Assembly: GCF_001194135.2 (NCBI RefSeq)
Contig: NC_068992.1
Span: 21,171,061 to 21,235,060 of the forward strand
DNA: 64,000 nt
Direction: 5' to 3'
From: Octopus bimaculoides
Taxonomy: Eukaryota
In this document: positions 53,621 to 64,000 of the stretch, in pieces
How the letters are laid out: each line of letters starts with the position of its first letter
Position numbering within the stretch: the stretch's first letter is position 1
Position numbers and translations under genes: made by a program
Notes under the pieces: model-generated
What the model saw: the letters and a program-made list of their open reading frames with translations, nothing else
What the model was told of the DNA's origin: nothing
The model's database searches: none

Positions 53621-54555
53621 AACGATTTAGAGTAGGAAGAAATATTTAGCCAATATAGCGAGAAATATAACTTCGGTTACTTATACATATATAAAAAAAT
53701 AATATTTTACAGTCAATGCCATGTGTCTAACAATATAAAAAAAATGAAATCATATCTCTGTCTCTTGCAGTACATCAATAAAACGATGTCGTGGTTTCCT
53801 GTGTACACAGAATTTCATATTAAATACTATCTACACTGATGTTTAACATTAAAAAATGTATTTATGGCCGAGAAATATTAGATCCGTCAGCTGTAGAAAC
53901 ACATATGGAAACTATACGGATGTCTGAAGTCCTTATCGTGTTCTTTGATGTTGTATGACGAACAGTTTCGACCTGATCAATTCATAACTTCGCTTTCAGT
54001 GCCATAACAAGTAATTACTTTGGTAAATATATACATAGACGATTCAGAATATTAGAAATAACAGTGATATACCCTCGAATCAAATCCTACCGTTTTCAAA
54101 ACAAAAGAAAACATTAGCTAGTTGTGTTACTTGGATACATGCAAAAAGACGAGATGGTCATACTGGAATGGCTTCCATCATATATCTGTTCAATCAAGAT
54201 TTTAAAACACTAACAGCAATAGTTCGACTTCGAGAACCAATCAGGAATATCTATACGATCAGTCTAATCGCTAATATAGCAGCCACGGCCACATCTCCAT
54301 TTAATTATGTGCGTTTATTGTGTTAAAATGTAGGAAGACATTGAATCATGTAGTCCTAGATACATTATATTTTCATAAAAGGGTAAATCGCCATGACTGG
54401 AATGTCTTTGATGATCATGCCCGTAGAACTGTTCTACAGAAGATGATTTTGGGGATAAGCAAGAATAGGAAGAGAACTGGTAGTATTTTAACATACTGAT
54501 ACCAGATACGTGTTCAAGCTGTAAACTTTATATGAAGCCAATTAGTCTTATTATA

Positions 54556-54557
<2 letters not shown>

Positions 54558-54628
<71 letters not shown>
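54558..54628. repeat. (AGT)n microsatellite
   Basis: Directly visible. Confidence 0.95.
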
Positions 54629-54669
54629 TTCATTATCTTTTTTTTCAATTCTGTTTACTTTTCTTGCAG

Positions 54670-54715
54670 AGTGTCTTCGTGACACCTAAGGCAGAGAATC
54701 ACATTGTATACACTG
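54670..54715 (+). CDS. Candidate 46-nt exon
   Basis: Long polypyrimidine acceptor ttcaattctgtttacttttcttgcag, donor CTG|gtaggc; only the phase-0 frame is open (SVFVTPKAENHIVYT+G). Confidence 0.3.
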
Positions 54716-54947
54716 GTAGGCCATTAAAATAAACACACCAGATTGGTCATTTACAAAGTCATGTGATAGAGAAAAAGGGAAAGGAAGACAGAGTAGAAGA
54801 AAAATGTATAAATTAAAGTAAACAAAGAAAATAAAGGGGGGAAAAAGGAATAAAAGTTCACAGCGACAATGTATTCTTTTTTCAACTAATACTTCCCTGA
54901 TTATTCTGGCCGTATCAAGGAGCCAAACGTTTTTATAACAGTTTCAC

Positions 54948-54993
<46 letters not shown>

Positions 54994-55022
54994 GTTATTA
55001 TTGTTATTATCATTGTTATTAC

Positions 55023-55062
<40 letters not shown>

Positions 55063-55066
55063 ATGA

Positions 55067-55299
55067 CGGTGGCAAGCTGGAAGAATCGTTAGCGCGCCGG
55101 GCAAAATGCTTAGCGGTATTCCGTCTGTCTTTGCGTTCGGAGTTCAAATTCCGCCGAGTTCGACTTTGCCTTTCATCCTTTCGGGGTCGATAAATTTAAT
55201 ACCAGTTGTGTACGAGGATCGATCTAATCGACTGGCCACTCCTCCAAAATTTCGGGCCCAGCGCCTAGAGTAGAAAAGATTATTATTGTTGTTGTTGTT

Positions 55300-55331
<32 letters not shown>

Positions 55332-55580
55332 TATTATTATTATCATCATTATTTTTATTATCGTTAAGGCTGCGAGCTGATAGAATCGTTAGCACACCGG
55401 GCAGAATGCTTAGCGGCATTTCCTTTGTCTTTGCGTTCCGAGTTCAATATTCACCGAGGTCGACTTTGCCTTTCATCCTCCCGTAATCGATATAATAAGT
55501 ATCAGTTATGCACTAGGGTCGATGTAATCGACTTTTGCCCTCCTCCGAAATTGCTGACCATATGCCAAAATTTGAAATTA
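55067..55580 (+). mobile_element. Head-to-tail pair of family B SINEs (55067-55285, 55367-55580)
   Basis: Both start g.gagctg..agaatcgttagc.c.ccgggc.aaatgcttagcgg, with B box gagttcaa.t and shared core; separated by an att/gtt/atc tract. Confidence 0.9.
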
Positions 55581-55649
55581 CTATTATTCTCATTATTAAT
55601 AGCACGCAGGAAAAATACATTTCGCTATTTCTTCTGCTTTTAAGCTCCA

Positions 55650-56400
55650 AGTTTAAATACCACTGAGGTTGTCCTCATAAGCTTCATACGATGCTCTGTC
55701 GAAAATTTCTTTTTGATTATCAATTTGTGTGAGATAAATGAATGATGTGTACATTACAAGCAGACACCTTAGCTAAGAAGTTTTCTGACGACCATGGGCA
55801 TTGTTGAACGACTATATTGTTCTGTCGAAGGTCCAATCGAATGTTATTAAAGGTGAATGACACTTAAAAGCATGTTTCCAATAGGTTTGTCTCTTTGATT
55901 CTCAGATGCAATGTTCATAGTTATTGATGATTAACAAAAGTTCATGGTGGTGGATAATGCCATTGTTAAGAATGTATTCTGTTGTTGTTGTTGGGCTAAA
56001 GTGAGATCAAAAGGTGGCTAGTTTCACGTGTCAAAGAGGTTGTCCTTCGCGGCGAGAACATTAGAGGACACTATTTTGTATTCCATATATTGCGATAGAT
56101 TGTATGTAAGAGAGAAAGCGGCCGATAAAAATTGAATTAGAAAGTACGAGATTACAAAGATTAACATGGATTCAACCTAAATCTAGAGTTCACTTTTTGA
56201 TGCTAAGGGAAAGCATGTCGTCGCAGACAGTTACCATTTTGATTTAGAATTATTGTAGAGTGTTTCTAAAATGGCAGCTATGGTCGGTCGTACTGGTAGA
56301 ACTAAGGAAGAAGAGGGAAGGGGAATGCGATCGGGTTTGTGCACAATGTAGGGAGGATAAAGGCAGAACTAACACCAAACTATAATTTTAAGTGAGAACC
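55650..56400 (-). mobile_element. Possible highly decayed Penelope-like RT remnant
   Basis: Minus fragments FYPPYIVHKPD, PVRPTIAA, SLTYNL, FTFNNI, PMV and YEDNL occur in the order of PLE RT motifs (LPKIHK, RPIV, SLYT, F.FN, PMG, YVDD); multiple frameshifts needed. Confidence 0.4.
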
Positions 56401-58038
56401 GTACTAACTGCGCTGGTTAGTTTAAATTATCTTAGAAAGGACCAGAAGATCCTCCTGCAATGTCATCTACTAGGAATTCCATACATAAAGCGTTTTTGCT
56501 TTTTCATTGATTTGTTTGTTTTTCTTTAGTCATCCGATAATAGTGTTGCAGGTGTTGCAATTGTAGATGAAAGGTGGAAGTTGAATTTGGTTATTTAATT
56601 TCCGGTAGTAGGCAGTGGTCTTTGTGTGGTCTACTGTTACACAGCTACGAGTAAATCTTTGAGAGCATGGGCGGCGGTTCATTGGCATCAGTGTAATGGT
56701 CTTTGTTGAAATATTATATAGTAAGTTTAAACATCAGATTAAACTCTTGTATATTTTCATGATGATATTTAATGTTACTATATTAGGAAGAAAATATGAA
56801 ATAGAAAACTGTAAAACCGTGTGAGATGAGAGCTGTAAATGTACGCCTCTGCAAATAAAATTAGCATTTTAACATTTCTGTCAACTTGGCAGGATTTGAA
56901 TGTAGAGAAGTTGAATATCAGCGTCGCTTGGGCAAAAACCGTCCTCTCACTAGTTGTTATATAATATAATAATGAAGCAGTGAAATCTCCCTCTATACTC
57001 TATGTTATCACATATCTTTATAAAGCAGAACTGATTCAGCATCCGCTTCAACGAAACATTATTTGCATCAAAATATTTTTAACAAATTCTCTGAAGTAAT
57101 TAAATAATTCCTTTTACATAAATAAACAACAAATCTTACTTTTATTGTAATAATTTCGAATTTGCAAAGCTTGTAAACGTCGTGTAAATGTGTTTGGAGA
57201 GGCAAATCATATTTCGTATAGCACTTGTGTGTGAGAGAGGTTAAAGTTTGAAAGAAAAGAGAAATAACAATTTAGTCGAAATGAAATCTAATATTGCAGC
57301 ATATTTCTGCATCGGCAAATCCTGTTTCTCTGTATTAAAGATAGTTGTTTTTCATATAGTTCATGTCGGAAACGTAAATCAAATAATGTCTTTAAATAAT
57401 ATTTATTTCTCATTCTATTATTAGAGACGTGTTTCTGTGAGTAATTTCAAAAAAGATATAGAAAGCCAGAGAGATCGAGAGATAGAGAGGGGGGAGAGAG
57501 ATTGAGGGTGAGAGAAAAAGAAGAAAAAACGTGTGAATATTTTGTTTTGATGAACATAAGTGTTTACAAGTTGTGCTCAACGTACTCCATCTCTTCAGAC
57601 AGTTGTCTGCAGAAGCATTATTTCAAATCAATAATAACAGATAATTTACCAAAAGACCTCTTTCTTTCTCTCTCGTGTTAAGAATGACATTGCTGAGAGC
57701 CATTATATAGAAGTTTTCTGAATGTAAGTAACTATTAAAAGCATACCGCCCTTTTCGAGATATACAGCAATGGTGAGAGATCTTTTGGACATTAAAAATA
57801 GCGAAAGAAGAAAAGAAAAAAATAACATTGTCCTGCTGTACACTTAATAGCAAATTTCTTCGATTTCTTTAGAAAATACGTTTACAGCTAAGTAGAAGTA
57901 TATCAAACCATTCGCCGAAAAAGTAATATGATACATACGCATGTATCTTTGTGTATGTATGTGTACAAGCTTCTATTTTCAGATGCAATATTCACAAACA
58001 CTCATATGTAGCCATATACATATATACATACATACATT

Positions 58039-58074
<36 letters not shown>

Positions 58075-59033
58075 NNNNNNNNNNNNNNNNNNNNNNNNNN
58101 NNNNNNNNNNNNNNNNNNNNNNNNNNNNNNNNNNNNNNNNNNNNNNNNNNNNNNNNNNNNNNNNNNNNNNNNNNNNNNNNNNNNNNNNNNNNNNNNNNNN
58201 ATATATATATATATATATATACATACATATATTTATATATGTGAAATCTTTTATTAGTTGAGATTGATACTGCTTTTGGCTCACTTCTATAACAAGGTCA
58301 GCAAATAAATTATTATATATACTCTGTATTACGTACTGGGTTATCTTTGTCTCATTCGTAAAACGCGAGTGTGAGAAATGTGCACGCTCATAGGTATATA
58401 CTCGTATCTATCTATCATTACCGGCGGACACATCTCTCAAGGACACACACGAATTGATTCACCTGGCTTTGTATTTCTTTGCCGCCGTCAATCATTCCGT
58501 TATAGATCTATGGCCCTATAGATTACATCTTGTTGCAGTATGACTGAACAAATTGTCGCAAACATGTTTCGTCACAAGAGACACAGTTCTAGACAATAAT
58601 AATATCAACGAAATTTCGATTAAAATTTCATTCAGATTTAGAATTTCTGAGGTAGAATACTTTTATAAGAAAGGAAGACCTTAAATATATAGATACAATA
58701 ACATTTTGATTTTCAATTATCCACAATGCTTAGAAGCATTTAAAATATTTAACAACACCCTGTAGCGTTAAGGAATATATCATACAAGTATTTATATGTG
58801 TCTGTATATTTTGTGATGGTGCGTCTACGTTTGTGTATGTACGTATGTTCACAGGTGCGTGTGAATGTGTATGTTTTTCGTAATTCTAAAACGTAGACAT
58901 CAATATATACGTATTTACTCAGATTCATATATAAGGAAGCAGAAGCATATTCGCACTCACACATCTGGCTATTTCTGTACAATGACACACTGACGTTTAT
59001 ACTTGTGTCTGTTTATGTATTTATATGTATGTG

Positions 59034-59123
<90 letters not shown>

Positions 59124-59428
59124 TCACGGTATCGACCAGGTTATCAGCTCAACCGACAATTCTTGAGTTGCCTACACCAACAGTTGGATGTTTACTAAGA
59201 TCAACAGTTTGGTGAGTGGCTGCTACTGCTGCTAGCCTAACGCCGAGGAGTTTCAGGAAGATAACGGAATCAGTATAAATGGACATTTCCAAAACTGCGT
59301 CCTTCTAAGAATGGACATTTGCGCCTGAATTATAAAGGTTTTTTGCAAAAACTTTCTGCATTGGCAGAAGCTATCTCATTTTCTTCTAACTTTACAATAC
59401 TTCAAAGGATCTAGACCGTTCTTATATA

Positions 59429-59929
59429 CAGGGTTATTCAAAAGGAATGGACCGATTTCATAGGCAATATTTTAATAAAGAGAAGCAATAGAACACTCCA
59501 GCTAAGTCACAAGTATTTACTCAAAATCAACTTTTTATTTCCTGTCTTACAAGTGTTCAATGTGGCCACCACCTGCAGCACGGGCAACAGCAATGCTATA
59601 GGAGAATTCCTCCCAGACGGGTATCAGCATATGAAAAGCAAGTTCATTATGGAACTAAAGAATAAATTTGCTTAGCTTGAGGCGATTCCAGAAGATATTG
59701 GCAGGGAAGGGAAATAGAAAAACTTCGATAAAGCATTCAACCAAAAATGTACTCAGTGGTTCGTGATAAGGTGATACGCGTCTGATGTTGCCCGTGCTAC
59801 AAGTCCTGGCCACATTGAAGTAAAAGTTGATTGTAAGTAAATACTTGTGACTTAGCTGGAGTTTTCTATTGCTTTTCCTTATTAAGATATTGCGTAATGA
59901 AATCGGTTCATTCTCTTTGAATAGCATTG
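59429..59929. mobile_element. Tc1/mariner-derived foldback element, 501 bp, TA TSD
   Basis: ta|cagggttattcaaaagg...ttgaatagcattg|ta; arms 59429-59592 and 59783-59929 are about 87% inverted-identical with an 18-nt indel; right part encodes YASDVARATSPGHIEV (cf. YRLDVCRATNGAHIE). Confidence 0.85.
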
Positions 59930-60331
59930 TACTATATATATATATTGTTGTGTCTGGGGAAAGTCATACTGCCTCAATGCCTTAATATGTAACACACCCA
60001 GAGTTATATATAAAAGCATTAACACAGTATGACTCACCCCAGGAACAACGAAGTTTGCTTCAACACACAAATTCATATAAAGAATCTTGCAAAGCAGATA
60101 CACAAACAAGGTCTATGTGGGGAAATCTGTCTATCTCTTTGCGCATGCCTGTGTGTATATGTATGCATATTTGTATATGCATACATATATATATATCCAT
60201 GCACATACACACACATATATGTATTTATTTATATATAGTAAGAATTTACAAAAACAAAAAAACAAAACACGAAGACGGGTGTGTAAACAGTAAACAGATG
60301 TATTAGTTTAACGCTGGTGAAGTGAGAAAAT

Positions 60332-60367
60332 CTTTTACGTTTCGAGCCTACGCTCTTCGACAGAAAG
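60332..60367 (-). ncRNA. Penelope-type minimal hammerhead-like motif
   Basis: Minus: cuuu CUGUCGA A GAGC guag GCUC GAAA CGU A aaag. Stem I cuuu/aaag, 4-bp stem II, palindromic ACGU stem III, GUA site; A6-to-U variant. Confidence 0.55.
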
Positions 60368-62046
60368 GAACACAGAAATAAACAGGGTGATACATACATG
60401 TGTGGGCACGCGCTCGTGTGTATGTATATATGTATGTATATATATATGTATGTATAAATGCATGTATGTATGTATAAAATGTAACGCAAGCGTATACTGG
60501 TGTGTCTTTGTGTTAGATCGCACAGCAGTTGAATAAACGTTCTACATAATAGTTTAAGGGAACCGTTTGTACGGGCATATTTACATTTGCACAAACTTCA
60601 TACAAACACACAAACACACACACACACACACACACACANNNNNNNNNNNNNNNNNNTATATATATATATATATATATATATGGAGAGAGAGAGAGGGAGA
60701 GAGAGATAGAGAGATAGAGAGACGAAGACACACATGCACTTATGTATGTATGCATGGAAGTAAATGCAGGCGAATGCATAGACGTATGCATGATTTCGTG
60801 CGGGTGAACGAGCGTGCATATCTATAATGAATTCTATATAAATACGAATCCCAATAAATCTTAGAATTCCAACTACATTGACCAGCAGAAGTATGCGCAC
60901 TTAATCACAGCTATATGCGAGTTTGTGTATGTGCATATATTTTATATACATACATGCATACATACATATATATTTATGCGGATATATGCCTATCTCACTG
61001 TTTTCCTGCCTCCGTCCATCCTCTATCTCTATCTCTATCTCTCTCTCTGTCTATCTCTCTTTGTAGACACTCACATATTCATATGCTTATATATGTGTGT
61101 ATATATACACACGCCTTTATGTACTCATATATATATACGTATATGTATGTGCGTGTGTGTGTGTATTCCAGCCGATGCTGTGTGCTTGTCCTTAAATTTA
61201 TTTCTCTGCGTGCCTGTGTATGCGCTTATATACATTGTTTCCTCGTATAATTTTATGTATTCAAGTTAGCTAATGTGGGAATTCTACTGTCTGTCAGTAT
61301 ATTTAACAAAACTAGCTACTTCGATCGAAGGCACTTAACTGCTCGGGGTTCCTTTATTGAACGTTTTCTTCAAGGAAGCGCTACATTAACAAGTCATACG
61401 GTCCTATAAATATACTACTAAATACGAGCATTGCATTAAATATGTCGTGTTATACTGAAGTGGTCATTGCTAAGCACTCTAGGCGCAGTTTTCTTCCCAT
61501 CTTCCTAAATATATAAATCACTTATTTTGAAATTCGCGTACATTAATACTTCTGCCAGGGTTCGTTTCGTTTGGGCTATGCCAATAATAATCATAGATTC
61601 TGATAGTAAGGAAAACTGGATAGAATTTAAAAATAAATGTTTCATACAGATATATCTGTCTGTAGAGATATATAGACACACGCGTGTACCCACAAGAAAA
61701 TAATCTCCAACACAGGCACACATGAAGAAAGAGAGAGAGAGAAGAAATCGCAAAGCCACTGAAATGTGATAGAATATACTAACCGCTCAATATATTAATA
61801 TACATATATATGTGTATGTAATATATGTGTATATGTGTATATGGATAGGTAGATAGATAGATAGATAGATAGATACATACATACATGCATACATACATAC
61901 AAACATACATGCATACATACATACATACATGCGTACATACATATATTTTACTGGACCGCAAGGTTATAGGGAAATAAACAGACACAAACACGCGCGCACA
62001 CACTCACACACACTCACACACATACATATGCACACACATACGTACG

Positions 62047-62089
<43 letters not shown>

Positions 62090-62449
62090 ATGTATGTATA
62101 TACATACATAGATTTATACAACGCACTTCTATAAGTTTCCATGCACCAAATCCACTCACAAAGACTTGGTGGCCCCTCATTTCAGTGGCTTTTGCAATTT
62201 CTTCTTTCTCTCTCTAACTCTCTCACTCTATCCCTCTGTACTTCTCTTTCCCGCTACCTATCTCCCACTCTACACACACACAGGCATATAAATTGAGGAT
62301 ATAATCATTAAAATGATTATATCGGTGGTTAGGGTATAAAGAAAAAACACCATATCATTAAATAAATTTTTTGAAGTATATAATTATATTTTCATAATTA
62401 TATAGTTAAATATATATATATATATATACGTTTCTGTCCCTGTGTGTAT

Positions 62450-62606
62450 GTATACGAAGTGCTTTCTTCATGCACTCCACTAACATGGCATTGTTCAGTG
62501 CAGGACTACAGTAGAAGACACTTGCCTAAGTGCCGCGGAGTTGAATACATCAAGCAAAACGAGGCTGTAAAGCGAGCTTTCTAACCACAAAACCACGACT
62601 GTGCCT
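62450..62606 (-). mobile_element. SINE family C head/core, degenerate (second partial copy at 62125-62175)
   Basis: gactacagtagaagacacttgcctaagtgccgc...agcgagctttctaaccacaaaaccacgactgtgcct. Confidence 0.7.
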
Positions 62607-62727
62607 AAGTGAAAGAAGAATCTACATACGATAAATGTAAATTTTACACTGAATCTATTTGCATTCAACATTACCAAAATTAGCATTACGAATTACGTTT
62701 TCACGTCTTGCATTTAACTCTACTCAG

Positions 62728-62821
62728 GAAAATTTCAGCGCCTACTAATAAAGATTCCTTATCATATGTTACCGGGCTGTCCGTCTATTATTCCCGACGG
62801 GTTCTTCACTTCTTTCAAAGA
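62728..62821 (+). CDS. Candidate 94-nt exon
   Basis: Acceptor cttgcatttaactctactcag, donor AGA|gtaaga; two open frames (KFQRLLIKIPYHMLPGCPSIIPDGFFTSFK or KISAPTNKDSLSYVTGLSVYYSRRVLHFFQR). Confidence 0.3.
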
Positions 62822-63095
62822 GTAAGACGTATAATCAGTGCTTTGTTTCCGCTCGCAGAGGAAGCTTTAACGGGAATTAATGATTCTGAAACATCTATTA
62901 TGCACTCTGTAAAGAATAAAGGACTGCTTTTAGTGAACAGCACCGAAGTCAGAGAGTAACCCATGAGGCAAGTCATTTTAAAACAGGCTTTAATTCAATA
63001 AAAGTTCTATTGATTTCTATAAAGAGAGCTGTCAGAGATAGCATTTTACAAAGTATTTATAACAGCAGCATTTCCTTTTACTGCTGCATTTTCAG

Positions 63096-63126
63096 AATTT
63101 CGTAGATATCCAACCATATTTTACTG
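63096..63126 (+). CDS. Candidate 31-nt micro-exon
   Basis: Acceptor ttttactgctgcattttcag, donor CTG|gtatgt; NFVDIQPYFT or FRRYPTIFY. Confidence 0.25.
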
Positions 63127-63589
63127 GTATGTGAAAAGGAAGAAAGCTGTCAGAAATATTAAGAGGCGGAGGCGTCAAAAATAATTTAGTGGATTGTGTT
63201 CCTGATTTTTACGTGCTAACCGCGGATCACGTCGTGGTCAATTTACTTTACATCCTTCCACGTTCAATAAATTAAGGCAGCCGTCTGGTCTTTTTGCACG
63301 TTAGTGTTTTCGGGTGGATCTTTAGAACAGAAGACTCTGTATATGAAAATGTGTTTTGGCCTTGTTTTCTTCTTGCTTTCTTTGTGCTCCTTTTTTCTTT
63401 CATGTACATTCACGTCTCTTCTATAAAGCTCAATAACTGAGGCAGCAGCCATTCGCAATATGTCCTGATATGAACATATAAAACTGCGAAAATGAAGGGG
63501 TCTCGATGATAGATTTTGGGGACTGAACCGTCGTTGCGAGCAACCTGCATCGAACGCATAGCAAAATATGGATAATCTTAATAGAAATC

Positions 63590-63939
63590 GTGGTACTGCA
63601 TCGGTTACGATAACGACGGTTCCAGCTGATCCGATCAACGGAACAGCCTGCTCATGAAATTAACGTGAGCACTCGACAGACACGTGTACTCTTAACGTAG
63701 TTATCGGGGAGATTCAGCGTGACAAGGCTGGACCTTTGAAATACAGGTGCAACAGAAACAGTGAGAGAATTTTGTGGTGAAATAATATGATGGGGTTCGC
63801 CACCACCCCCTTCCGGAGCCACGTGGAAATTTAGCTATTTTCGCTCAATAAACACACACAACGTCCGGTCTGGGAATCGAAACCACATTTCTATGACTGC
63901 AAGTCCGCTGCCCTGCCCACTGGGCCATTGCGCCTCCAC
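63590..63939 (-). mobile_element. tRNA-derived SINE, family A, tail type 2
   Basis: Reverse complement starts gtggaggcgcaatggcccagtggg and is collinear with 14613-14980. Confidence 0.9.
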
Positions 63940-64000
63940 TAAGAATAATAAAGACTTGAACAAAGTCATGTAATCGATGCAACACACACACACACACACA

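Noticed and set aside
57693-57723. Segment ending in a perfect gtaagt donor
   Set aside because: All three frames contain stops; at most a non-coding exon, with no support.
59556-59819. Apparent 264-bp MITE with 37-bp TIRs and a 9-bp TSD
   Set aside because: The inverted similarity continues outward to 59429/59929, so it is the inner part of the larger TA-flanked foldback element.
2993-62111. Many ORFs of 60-410 aa (YIYI, CVCV, THTH, ERER, poly-N/K/E/L, X runs)
   Set aside because: They are translations of di-, tri- and tetranucleotide microsatellites or N-gaps, with no coding signal.
62125-62606. One SINE C split by a 315-bp insertion
   Set aside because: The two pieces overlap in consensus position, so they are separate partial copies.
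1-64000. CRISPR array or prokaryotic operon
   Set aside because: No regularly spaced repeat-spacer units and no dense ORFs; the sequence is clearly a repeat-rich animal genome.

Overview
AT-rich, microsatellite-saturated eukaryotic scaffold with about 17 N-gaps, almost all abutting simple repeats, which suggests a short-read assembly. The SINE and LINE families present, together with this repeat texture, point to a coleoid cephalopod, most likely Octopus (recognition from memory, not a database search). No complete protein-coding gene is supported, and nearly all long ORFs in the track are artefacts of microsatellites or N runs. The window is a transposon graveyard. It holds four R4/Dong-like restriction-endonuclease LINE fragments tied to (TAA)n tracts, three CR1-clade LINE fragments, a Penelope-like GIY-YIG element with a 255-bp inverted duplication, a decayed Tigger/pogo transposase with a nearby Tigger-type MITE, a Tc1/mariner foldback element and several tRNA-derived SINE families. 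The most interesting signals are two Penelope-type minimal hammerhead-like motifs, four long inverted repeats (potential dsRNA/ADAR substrates), a 70-nt pri-miRNA-like hairpin, a locally clustered repeat carrying a CTCF-like motif, SINE-LINE 3' tail sharing and a speculative chain of phase-compatible + strand micro-exons. An Illumina adapter remnant and gap-flanking duplications are assembly artefacts. All alignments and counts were done by hand.
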